From NCBI RefSeq assembly GCF_006345805.1, contig NC_043004.1:4464001-4528000 (forward strand): a stretch of 64,000 nucleotides of DNA, in the 5' to 3' direction. Position 1 is the stretch's first letter, and each line of letters starts with the position of its first letter. Positions 1-13,026 of the stretch are shown piece after piece. Position numbers and translations under genes: made by a program. The notes beneath the pieces are model-generated. The model saw nothing but the letters and a program-made list of their open reading frames with translations. It was not told the origin of the DNA and searched no databases. The stretch is from Octopus sinensis (lineage: Eukaryota).

Positions 1-198
1 CCAAAACTGACCTCGCCTGTGCTTGTGCCACATAAAAAGCACTCTGCTGAGTGGTTGGTGTTAGGAAGGGCGTCCAACTGTAAAAATCCTGCCATAACAA
101 TCACAGAAATCTGGTGCAGGCTTCAGCATGGCCAGCTCTTGTGGTATTGTCCCACCCATGCTAGTATAGAACACGGACATATGATGATGATAATATAT

Positions 199-236
<38 letters not shown>

Positions 237-617
237 CATATGTGTGTATGTGTGTGTGTAATGGATATATATATATATATATACATATATATTACAAGAA
301 GCTGAGACAAGGTGCAGGCATGGCTGAGTGGCTTAAAAGTTTGTTTCCTAATCATGTTGTATTGGGTTCAGTCCCACTTCATAAGCAAGTGCCTTCTACT
401 ATAATACTGAATAGTGCGTGTGAGTGCGTATATGTTTATGTCTGTCTGTCTTGACATGGCATGACAGTTGTAAATGAGTGTCACTGTCATACAAGCAGTG
501 TCATTTGTTTTCAAAATTATGCCAAAGCATATCTATCTATGGAGAAATATTACCTTGCATGGAAACAGGTGAGTGCTGACAATATGAAGGTTATAAAAAT
601 TCTGCCTCAATAAATAT

Positions 618-686
<69 letters not shown>

Positions 687-1719
687 TCATCATCATCATT
701 GTTTAATGTCCACCTTCCATGCATGCATGGGGGGGGTAGGATGGTTCACAGGAGCTGGCCAGGTAGAAAAGCTACACCAAGCTACGGTGTCTGTTTTGGC
801 AGGGTTTTTACAGTGGATGCCCTTCCTAACACCAACCACTCTGCAAAATGGACACAGTGCTTGTTACATGGCACTAGCACAGACAAGGCTAATTTTGACA
901 TGGCTTTTACAGCTGGATGCCCTTCCAAATGTCAACCACTTCACAGTGTCAACTGGGTGCTTTTTACACACACACATACAGAGTCAAAAGGTGAGCGCTA
1001 GAGATGCTAAATACAGAAAACATGTGCTGGTGCTCAAATGATTTGAACTTAAACTCTGAAGTTATAGAGGACTAGGTCCAAAGGGTAAAGAGTGGTTATA
1101 AGAGAAACCCAGGTGAGCTGATAACGGAGATAGTGATGTAGATAAACACAATAAGGCTTGATATATATAAATATACATACATATACTCATATATAGGGAT
1201 ATATATATATATACATAGATACAAAAACTAAATATATTCAGAAGATAAACACATATGTACAAGCATCATCATCTTCCTTTAGCATCCATTTGTCCATGCT
1301 GACATGGGTTGGACGGTTTGACCAGGGCTGGCAAGCTGAGGGGCTGCACCAGACTCCTGTCTGACTTGGCATGGTTTCTACAGCTGGATGCCCTTCCTAA
1401 TGCCAACCATTCCGAGAGTGTAATGGGTGCTTTTACGTGCCACCGGCATGGGTGCCAGTTGTGTGATACCAGTATCTGCCACGAGTACGATTTCACTTGG
1501 TTTGATGGGTCTTCTTTCTCAAGCACAGCGTATTGCCAAAGGTCTCGGTCGTTTGTCATTGTCTCTGTGAGGCCCAGTGCTTGAAAGGGGCTTTTTACGT
1601 ACCACTGGCATGAGTGCTAGTTACACGGCACTGGCATCGACATTGACAAATATATCTGATTTTAAATCGAGTATAAAAAATATAAGAAACTACAGAGAGA
1701 ATGCATAGTTTTTTTAACA

Positions 1720-2560
1720 GTATTGCTAGAATAAGAATGGGCTGGGAAAAGTTCAGAAAGATTCTATATTTGTTGGTAACAAAGGGCCTCTCTCTCAGAG
1801 ACTGTGTATGAATAGCTATTCTACATGGCAGTGAAACATGGGCTGTGACTGCAGAGAACATGTCATGGCTTAAAAGAAACAGAACTGATATACTCCGCTG
1901 GATGTGCAATGTCAGTGTGAAGGTATGACAGAGTGCAAGTGCTTTAACAGAGAAAGATTGGGCATAAGTGACATCAGATGTGGCATGCAAGAGAGATGAC
2001 TATGCTGGTATGGTCATGTGATACGTATGAGTGAAAACAAGGACAACTGCGTAAAAAAAGTGCCAATCTCTAACTTTGAAGGGAACCTGTTGAAGAGGTA
2101 GATCAAGGAAGACGTGGAATGAGGTTGAGAAATAGGACCTTCAGATGTTGAGTCTCACAGAGGTGATGACAAGTGACTGAGATTATTGGCAAATTGCTGT
2201 ACTTGAGAAGACATATCAAGTTAAGTGAAACCATAGTTGTGGCCATTGCCTGTGACACTTGAAAGGCATCCGTGCCGGTGACACAAAAAGGCACCCATGC
2301 TGGTGACACACAAAAGGCACCCATGTCGGTGACACACAAAAGGCACCCATGCCGGTGACACATTGAAGACACCAGTGCTTTTGACATGCAAATGACACCT
2401 AGTACACTCTATGGAGTGGTTGGCATTAGGAAGGGCATCCAGTCATAGAAACCAAGCCAAAACAGACTGGAGCCAGATACAGCTTACCAGTTCCAGTCAA
2501 ACCATCTTATCCATGCCAGTTGGAAAATAGATGCTGAATGATGACAATGATGATGATGTG
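1720..2560 (+). mobile_element. Degenerate RTE-type LINE 3' fragment with (GAT)n tail
   Basis: ARIRMGWEKFR, HGSETWAVT, WYGHVIRMSE and GRSRKTWNEV-like motifs broken by stops and frameshifts; followed by the abundant 3' tail ...ggaagggcatccagc...(gat)n. Confidence 0.8.
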
Positions 2561-2866
2561 TATAGATGTGTATATGTATGTGCATGTGTATGTATATTTA
2601 TGCATTTGTGTGTATTTATGCACATGTGTGTGGGGATGAGTGGATGTATGTTTGTGTTTCTTTGCAAGTACCTGATCTCATTAGTGCTGGTGCTATAAAA
2701 AAAAAGCCCCCAGTACTCTCTGTAAAATAGTTAGCATGAGGAAGGGCATCTAGCAGTAGAAACCATGCCAAAATAGACACTGGAGCTTGCTGCATCCCTC
2801 TGCCTTGTTTCCTGTTGAATTGGCCAACCTATGCCAGCAAAGGAAAAAGGGATGCTAAATGATGCA

Positions 2867-2907
<41 letters not shown>

Positions 2908-3395
2908 ACGTGTGAAGGCTTGTGGCTTAGTGGTTAGAGTGTTCAGCTCATGATCATAAGGTTGTGAGTTCAATTGCTTGCGGCGCATCTCCTTGAGCAA
3001 AACACTTTATTTCACATTGTTCCAGCCCACTCAGCTGGCAAAAATGAGGTGTAGTTGTATTTCAAAAGGGCCAGCCATATCACACTTTGTGTCATGCTGA
3101 ATCTCCCTGAGAATTACATTAAGGGTTTGCGTGTTTGCAGAGTGCTCAGCCATTTGCATGCTAATTTCATGAGCAGGCTGTTCTGTTGATCAGATTCCTC
3201 ATTGTTGTCACCGACAGAGTATCAGATGTTCAGAGTATACATTGTTTGCTTTCCAGACATTTTTACATTACTGCATGTACTTTATATGCACTTTCTGACA
3301 AGCTGTGGTGCACCTGAGCAATGTATACAATAATTTCATTATTATTATCATGTATGTGTATATTTACAATTAAAAAAAATAATGAGACAACTTAC

Positions 3396-3466
3396 TCAGC
3401 ACTTCTTTTCTCCGTAAATTGGCTATTTCTTCATACCTCACAATGTAATATTGGTCTTGTTCATCC
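3396..3466 (-). CDS. LRSAM1: LRSAM1 exon 14 (KDEQDQYYIVRYEEIANLRRKEVL)
   Basis: tgtgttgtag / gtaagt, 71 nt, phase 2-1; resembles EETESLRRRDV. Confidence 0.86.
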
Positions 3467-6400
3467 CTACAACACAGTATTGACAAAAATGAGAAATGCA
3501 ATTTCAGATTGTAACATACTTCAGACTGGATAACTTTTATAAGACATAGCAGATTATAATATGCTTTTAATAAAATATAATCAAACAACAACAAAAGTTG
3601 AATCGTACTCATAATTAAAGAAGTATATTTGATATAGTTATTTATTATTTATTATTACTGTTTTATATCCATTCTTTCTATGAGATAGTGTTTTTTGGGA
3701 CCTCTTCGAAACTTCTAGCCACTGTACTTCTCTTTCATGAACTAGGAGTGGAGTTTGTTGGACAATCAGGTAAACTGGAGCAAATACATTTGTATCATCA
3801 TCATTTAAAATCCATTTTCCATGCTGGTATGGGTTGGACAGTTTGACAGGATCTAGTGAACAGTAGGGCAGCTTCAGACCACAATGTCAGCTTCAGCTTG
3901 GTTTCAACAGCTGAATACCCTTCCTAATGCCAAGCAACATACAGTGCTTTTTTCCATGGTACCAGCCCTAGTGAGGTTGCTAAGTTACTAGCAAGAAAAA
4001 GAAAGGAAAAGGCAAAAGCTCCCTCAAGTAAGTGGGAGTGTATTTGAATGGGGGTGAGGGTGGCTTCATACTAAGTATTGAAGGCTAAAGTATGACAGAT
4101 GGAGAACAACATTGGCTTAATCATTAAGCAAAATAAGCATGTGCTCAGGGCATCAAGATGTGGGCTGAACCACAGAAAAGGTAAATGGTTTATGGTACAA
4201 AAGAAATCACTTTAAAATTACTAAAATAACACTCAGAATGTCAATTTGTGATATGATATCCTAAAACCACCTTAGTAATGCTGATATCTTAAAACCACCT
4301 CATGAAGGGTGCTGGCACCACATAAAAAGCACCCAATGCACTCTGTAAAGTAGTTGTCATTAGGAAGGGCATCCAGCTGTATAAACCAAGCCAAAAAAGA
4401 CTATGGAAAACGGACACTAAATGTTAATGATGATGTGCAGGTGTTAAACCAGCCTTGAAATATAGCAAGTATTTATAGATGATTATAGATGGTTACAATC
4501 CTACTCATGAATAACAACTGCATACAATATCAATATGTTTTCCATGCCAGCATGGACTGGATGGTTCAACAGGAGCTGGCAAACAAGAGGACTGCACCAA
4601 GCTCTAATGTCTACATGGCATGGTTTCAAGGCTGGATGCCCTTCCTAATGCCAACCACTTTTACAGAGTGTACTGGGTGCTTTTTATATGGCACCAGCAG
4701 TAGTGTAGTCACCAAGTAACTTGCAAGACGAGACCCCTCAGCTGAGTGGAGCATAGTATTGAGATAGGTGTCTTTATGCCAGGTGATGAGAGGATAAAGT
4801 ATGAAAGAGGAATGGGAAAAGATGTCTTGCAATAGGTGAGATACCTGGTTACCCTAGTTGGAAAAGAGAGAAGATGGTGAAGATGATGTGTCAGCATATG
4901 TCCTCAAGTTACAGGACGATGAATATGAAAGGAGTGGTAGAGAGGGTTGGTCCAGTTGGCAGGTAGGTAAGTAAATTCGCAAGAGTGTGTAAGGAGAGTG
5001 GATACATTAAAATGAAACGTGATTGCAGTTCTCAATATTCAGCCAAAACAGCATTGTTTCCTTTCTAACTGTAGTTGCACAAACTACCACTCAACCATCT
5101 CAACTGCATCAAATGTTGATTAGATTTGATGCAACCAAAAAGAAGTCACATGATGAAGACACTGGGCCTCAGTTTGACCCTTTAGCATTCAGATTACTCT
5201 GACAAATGTAATGCATATTTACTCACATTGCTTTTAATTAATCATGCATATCAAATGGCTTTGAGATTACAATGATGTGATTATTTATCTTTAGAATGAC
5301 ATTGTAGGGTAGGTGCAAGAGGTTGGAGTTGGCCAGTCTGAACATAAAACAAGTAGAATATTAGGACCAGACATGACCAGTTTAAATGTTAAAGAGTTAA
5401 AGTCTACTGTTGACCAGAGCCTGCAATCTCCATACTGTATCGGCTTCAAATTCATGACATTTCTTAAACACAGATAGCAGAGGCTCATAAACATATGGTG
5501 TAACAATGACATGCCATGTGTCTGAGTATTATGCAATGTCTAAACACATACACTGCCAGATACACATTGACATATAGACATACATAGACACACAGATACA
5601 CTTACATGTTGACGGACAGATGCAAATACAGGTAGATAGACACATAAACATAGATAAGCAGATGAAACACAGACACACATATACATAGACAAACCTCTCT
5701 TCCTCCACCACAGACCTTCTGATAAATACTGTATGTTAAGATGAAAACCACATGAGACAATGAAATATAAGATTAAATAGAGCAGACAAACTACTTACTT
5801 CTCTTTCTCAATGGCTTCCATTAATTCCTCTTGTTTTCTGGCTTTTTCATTCATTTGCATGAGGTTATTGAGTAACCTGTTGGTCCTCTCTTCAACTGGA
5901 ACACAACAGAAGGTTTTTAAACCACAACATATAAACAATAACACCTGATAGTCTTTGACAGTGTATATAATAACATTGAGTATATACAATAATAACGGCA
6001 AAACAGTAAATAAGTTTTTCTATAACCTTCTGTTGATATCTCACAAAGTTTTCTATGAAATGTCATCACCAAGCTCTGAGGAAAACATTTACAAACCTGC
6101 AATATCATCATAAACTGCTACAAAGGCAGAGGGGATGTGTCAGAGAGAGGAAATTATAGGGAAATCAAAATACTGCATCAGACTATAATGGTCATGTAGA
6201 GAGTTGTCAAGTCACAGCACAATTGATCTGTGGCCAAGAAGAGATGCAGTTTAGCCTCATGTGCAAAAGAACTACCAAGGATGCAATCTTCCCAGTGAGG
6301 CAGCAGCAGGAGAAATACTTGGCTGAAAGTAAACTACCATTCCTCAAATTTGTTGACTTGGTGAAGGCATTTGACATTGTACTGTGTTCAGTAATTTGGT

Positions 6401-9400
6401 GGTCACTAAAGAAGCTCGTGTTGACAAATGGTTTGTGAGGTTTGTACAAGCTATGTACAAAGATGCAATAAGTAAAGTGAGAGTCAACAAAAAATGCAGT
6501 GAGAAATTTAGGGTGAAGGTAAGGGTCCATCAAGGTTAATTCAATAAACCAACTTACTGTCCTCTAGACATGTGACCAAATTCTGCCGGTCAAGTTCCTT
6601 TTTGTTGCTGAGTTCTGCCAGGTCTTCATTAAGTTTGATCTGTTCCTTGAAGGAGGAGAAAGTGATAAAGAAAGCTTTGAATTTTCTGAAAAATACATAG
6701 CATGGACTTCGTTGATTTGTCATAAGGTGACATAATTCAAGTTGGACTGTTTTACAACCATGTGGTTCCAGGTTTAGACCCACTGCAAAGCACCTTGTAC
6801 AAGTGTATTCTATTACAGTTCTGGGTCAACGAAAGCCTTGTAAGTGGGTGTGATAAACAGTCCACTCTGTAAGGTGGTTGGTATTGGGAAGAGTATCTAG
6901 CTGTAAAAATCCTGCCAAAACACACAGTGAAACCTGGTGCAGTCTTCTGCTTAGCCAGCCTTTGTTAAACCATCAAACCCATGCCAGCAAGAAAAAATGA
7001 TGATGATGATAAAGCACACATCTGTATATGTACAGTTGTCTAGACTATACATATGCAATTAGATGAATGGTGCAGGTGTGGCTGTGTGGTAAGAAATTCG
7101 CTTCCCAACCACATGGTTCAAGGTTCAGTCCCACTGTGTGGCACCTTGGGCAAGTGTCTTCTATTACAGGCTTGGGCCAATCAAAGCCTCTAGATTGTAT
7201 TTGGTAGATAGAAACTGAAAAAAGCCTGTCATATATATATATATATATATATATATTAATGTCTTTGTGTCTGTGTTTGTTCCCCCATCAGTGCTTGACA
7301 ACTGGCGTTGGTATGCTTATGTTCCTCTAACTTAGCAGTTCATCAAAAGAGACTGATAGAATAAGTACTAGGCTTTAAAAAAATAAGTTCAGGGGTCAAT
7401 TTGTTCAACTAAAAAAAAGCCCTTCAAGGCGATGCTCCCACATGGCTGCAGTCAAATGACTGAAATGAGTAAAAGAATAAAAGAATGACCATTTAAGAAA
7501 TGTTAAGGACAAATGAGACCTACTTGTGCAATAGTTGATACTAAATGGTCTTTCTCTTTTAGTGCTGAAGCTGCCATCTTGGCATATTTCTTCTCGTCCT
7601 CCTCATACTGGCGATTAAATGCCATTCGTTCTTGACGTTTCTTTTCCTGTAGCAAAGAGAAAATTCATCAATGTCATTTTTAGTGTTTGTCCTTTCACAA
7701 AATATCAAAATTTATTGAACATATTCAATAGATGTATACAAGAGTGAGGATTAGATGACTATAGATGGGTACCCTGATGTAGAGCAGAGCATTGAATGAA
7801 GGGGATAGTTTAGGTTACTGGTGGGAAGTGTGTATAACAGACAAATCAGGATATATTGGGTCATACCATAAGTGATGCAGTTTTTTTATACTTCTTTTAT
7901 TTTGCAAAATTAAGATAAACAAAGTTCTTTTTTAATCTAAAATATACTCTCCTTCATTTTCTACAATGCTCTTCCATCTATCCAATAGACCTGCAAGGCA
8001 CCTTTTCCAAAGTTAACTTGTCCGTGATGGAAAATACTCTTCCAATACTGTTCTGACCTTGTCTACAGAATTCATATTTTTCCCGTTGAAATGATTTTGA
8101 AGACTGCAGGATAAATGATAATCAGATGGGGCAATGTCCAGTGAATATAGTGGGTGGGGCATTGTTTTTCACTCAAACTGCTCCAGTCTTTGGAATGTCA
8201 TCTTCGCTGTATGTGGCTGAGCATTATCCTAATGAAAGAACACCTTTCATCTTGAAACCAAAGATGGTCGTTTTTCTTCTAGTGCTGACTTAAGCTGCTT
8301 AAGTTACTCACAGTAGATCTCCTTTGTTATTTGGCTTGGGTTTAAAAGTTCAAAGTGGACTAAATCTTTCATATTTCACCAGATAACAACACCTTACGTG
8401 GGTGAAGACCTTCTTTAACCTGGGGTGTTGGTGCTTTTTCTTTCCCTACACACTGTCTTTGGCACTTGACATTTTTATAGAGAACACATTTCTCGTCACC
8501 AGTTACTATTCAGTCCAAAAAAGGTTCATTCTTGAGACGCAACAACAAAGAAGAGCACACATTCACTCTCTATGCATGATTAGACTTGGGAAGTTTGTAA
8601 GGAACCCATTGACCTAATTTGCTGACTTTTCTGATGGCACACAGGTGTCAATGAATGGTTGAATGACCAAATCGAAGATTCTCTGCTAGTTCCTCAACAG
8701 TTATAATGGGATTTTGTTCCACGAGAGTTTGCAGGACATTCTCATCAAGCTCTATAGATCTTCCAGGACGAGGCTTGTGTTCTGGGCTGTAGTTTCCAGT
8801 TCAAAATTTCTGGAACCACCATTGACTCTGGCTTACACTTATTGTCCAATCTCCATATACTGCATTAATATTCCTTGCACTTCCCATTGCGCTGTTGCCT
8901 TTATTGAACTCATAAAGCAAAATATGCTGAATATGCTCCTTTGTCACTTCCATTATAGCTTTGAAAAAAATAACTGCTAAAATCGAACAGCATGCTTCAA
9001 AACTTGCACTAAGAATAAGGGAAAAGTAAAATTACTACCTAATTTTATAACAAGTTGATGTAGGTAGTTTGTCCCATTCCCCTTCAACTTTTAGTTCATG
9101 AAATTGAAACAAACACATTATTTATGGGACGACCTAATAGTTAGGAGACTCCTGACAAAATTGCTGAAAGGCTGTACTGAAGACCTAAGAAAAATGTTGC
9201 TGCTAACAATCTTTCCTTTATTGGCTACAAGGGCTGAACTTTTGCTAACAATAATAATGAAAATAGTGTGATGATTATGATGAGCATCACCGTTGTTGTC
9301 TTCATCATCTTTATGTGATTAGTGAAACAAAGAAGATAAAGTTAACAGACATGGGGCTGCATGGTTAAAAAGCTCACTTTGCAACCACAAGGTTTCAGGT

Positions 9401-12400
9401 TCAGCCCCACTACATGATACTTAGGGCAAGTGTCTTGTATAGTCCTAGACAGACCAATGTCTAGTGCAGGGCTAGCCAACCTGAGGCCTGCGAGCTGCAG
9501 ACTTTTATCTTGCGGCCCGCTTGATACTTTCTTGAAATGGGTTTATTTAAACAAACATTTTAAAAATTTAATCAAAAATTGAAGATTGTAACGAAAAGTA
9601 AAAAAGAAAGATACTACAGGTGCAAGAGTGGCTGTGTGGTAAGTAGCTTGCTTACCAACCACATGGTTCTGGTTCATTCCCACTGTGCGGCACCTTGGGC
9701 CTTCTACTATAGCCTTGGGCAGACCAAAGCCTTGTGAGTGGATTTGGTAGACGGAAACTGGACGAAGCCCGTCGTATATATGTATGTATATATGTAAGTA
9801 AATAGAATATGTACCAGACTTGAAACTTAGTGTTTCAGCCAAAAGAGAGCAGCAGGATCCACAGGTCACTCAAGGAAAGGCCCAGAATCTGGTCAAGACC
9901 ACGTTGGAGACCAACTCCAAGGACTTCCTGACAGATGCTGCCTTCATAAGTGAGCAAGTGTTAGTGGACTTGTTCATCAAGTTTAACACAGCCAACCCCT
10001 CCAGTGCTGCAGTGGAGCGTTTGCTCTCTGTGGGTAAGGACATCTTGAGGGTCAAGAGGGTCTGGTGAAAAACTTTGACATGCTAATTTTCATGAAGAGC
10101 AACATGCATCTCATGAACAAAATGGAGAATGAGAAGAGAAAAAATTAAATTATGTAGATATTGTGTTTTTCAAATTTAAAAAAAAATTTTAGTTTAATAC
10201 TAATAGTGATTTATTTGAGTTTCTTTTTTTACCCTTTTCTGACTCTAAAAGCCTGTAAAAACCTAAAAAGGGGCCCAAACTATGAAATTAGCCTTTTTTA
10301 GGTCTTTTAAAAGTTAAAACTATAAAATCAGCATTTTAAACTCTAAGACAAAACAAAACAATAATTTTTGGGTTCTAAAGCTCTTAAAAACACCAAAAAA
10401 AGGCTGATTTTATAGTTTTGGCACTTTTTAAAGGTGTTTTTAGAGCAAAAACTCATTTTTTGTTTTTTTTCTATAATAAAAATTAATGATAACAGTTTAT
10501 CGATAACTTCCATTACATTTTTAAAGAATTAACAGTTATTGTAGTTAACTTTTTGGTTAATGGTTTAATGGTTAACAAAGTTAAATTTTCAATTAACAGT
10601 GCCCACCTTTGCTCTTAGATACATTATCTAAAGTGTCCTTCTTTTTTCAAACAATATGATGTGGCTTGAGAGTGAGAGATTTGTCCGCCATATCTACCAA
10701 GTCTAGTCATCACGTAGATGACCAAACTCACCCACTCACATCAGCTTGTCATTCAGTAAGTGATTCAGTTATCAGTGGCTCGTAAATAATACAAATAGAA
10801 GTAACTTTTTACTCACCTGTAAGTTAGCATATTTCTCAATATCTTGCTGTAAGTAAAAGAAACCACAGAATGAGATGAATTCAAGCAATGTCAAGAAGAT
10901 GGAACAAGTCTCTACTAATATTATAAGTTTAATACAAAAAAACATACATCAAAGTTAATAAATGATCAACAGTTATTTATCCAATGCAAATGTAGGAGAG
11001 ACAGCATCAGCAGCTAAACCGTTTATGATAAGAAAAAAATATAAATTGGCGACTAGACAGAGTGTAGAAATGGCTGTGTTGTTCAGAAATTCACATATGA
11101 AGTGAAATATTAAAAGACAGAAATGAAATTGAGTTGCAGAATCTAGTACAGAAACACGGTGCTACTCAATGGTGCTTAAAATATATATTTGTTTTACCAA
11201 CTGATTTATGCCTCAGCTTAACACAAGCACAAAACATATGTCTAATATATAGAAAGTATATTCAGATGTTGAATTTTGACAAACAAATGAGGAAAATGGA
11301 AAATAGAGAGAGAGGTGTGAGTACATACAGAATATGTGTGTATTACAGTTCTATATTTAAGAGATGAGGAATTATGTATATTATTTACATTTGACAGATA
11401 TTTGTCCTCATCTTGTTTGCTGTTAATATGTTTTGGCTGATATACCGTCCAGCCTTCATCAGGTGTCTTGGGGAAATTTCGAACCTGGTTTCTTATTCCT
11501 AACATATTTTTTGATGTAATTATTATTTTTATTATTAACGTTGTGTTAACAGCAAACAAGATGACAAATATCCATCAAATGTATATAATGTATGTGTGTA
11601 TTATTTATTTATTTTATATAGCATTTTGAGAACAACAACATTGTTGGGTACATGTTTCCAGTGGATCAATCACTGCTTCTCTGAATTTACAACATATCAC
11701 AAAAGTAACAAGGATTGGCAATGTAACTCTGGTAAAACAAAAGCGAAAAAGGCATTTTTGTTCAAAGGCATCAGTTTGTGTCTTCTTTTTGTAATGTTTG
11801 TATTTTTTGCTTTAAAATATGCTCATATATACCCATATACATTTATAATACACACACACACACACAAATCAAGAGAACTTAAATACTGACCATCATCAAT
11901 GCATCTTCTTGTAAAAGTTTTACAGAATGGTCACTAAATGTACTGGACATTTGGTGTTTCTTTTCTGAGGAATCCAACACTTGGAGTAGAAACTGTGATG
12001 GAGGTATGTATTCTTCTCCAGATTCTGATGAAAGTGGAAATAACAGATTAGGTTAGATAATATTTCAAGAGGAATAGATATTCTCACTTCAACCCTAAAT
12101 TTGTTTCAATTAATTTTGAAAATAATGAAGAATTTAGTAAACTAACCTTGTCATTGGTGTTTGGAACATAAATTAACATTGAAGGCTCTAATTTATACCA
12201 CTTAAAGAGTATTATCATACAACCATGAGGTGATCTGCTGGTATCAAAAAGATTAAGCAATACATTTCTCTATATGATATTTAAAGGGCACCTTTTTGGC
12301 TAGCAGTTGTTCTCATAGTGACAGCAGCTTCTATTTTGCAGTTAATCCTGTAGTTTCTTTTCAAAATCATTCTGGTAACTATGACCACTTCTACAAACAC

Positions 12401-12947
12401 AGTCTCTCACATGTTAACCACTCATCTTATTAAGACGAGTATGACACTGTTGCTCTCATATAGCAAATGCTAACAAAATTAATTATAAACTAGTACTGAA
12501 AACAGTAGAAAGAGTTCAAATCTTTGTTTGCATGATAAAAGAATTTACTATTAATGAGCCAAGAGGTGGGCTGTGACACTGCATCTCCTTGTCTATATCA
12601 ATTCTTTATTTGAAATTATAAACTGAAATTTAGAAAAAGAAAATGAGAAAAAAAAAATGAAGATTAGTCTCACCTGAGCAAAGGAATTTCATAATTGCTT
12701 CAGTACCTTGGGAACAAACCTCTGTAAAATGAAATAAAAAATAATGATAATAATGATAATAATCCTTTCTACTATAGGCACAAGACCTGAAATTTGGAGG
12801 GAGGAGACTAGTCAATTACATCAACCCCAGTGCATAACTGGCACTTATTTCATCGACCCTGAAAAGACGAAAGGTAAAGTCAACCCCCATGGAATACCAC
12901 TAAGCATTTTGCCTGGCGTGCTAATGATTCTACAAACTCACTGCCTC

Positions 12948-12984
<37 letters not shown>

Positions 12985-12994
12985 GTAATAGTAA

Positions 12995-13026
<32 letters not shown>

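Noticed and set aside
2270-2380. Short regularly spaced repeats (also 16370-16580 and 19399-19530) resembling a CRISPR array
   Set aside because: Internal tandem duplications of an RTE 3' tail, in eukaryotic context with no cas genes.
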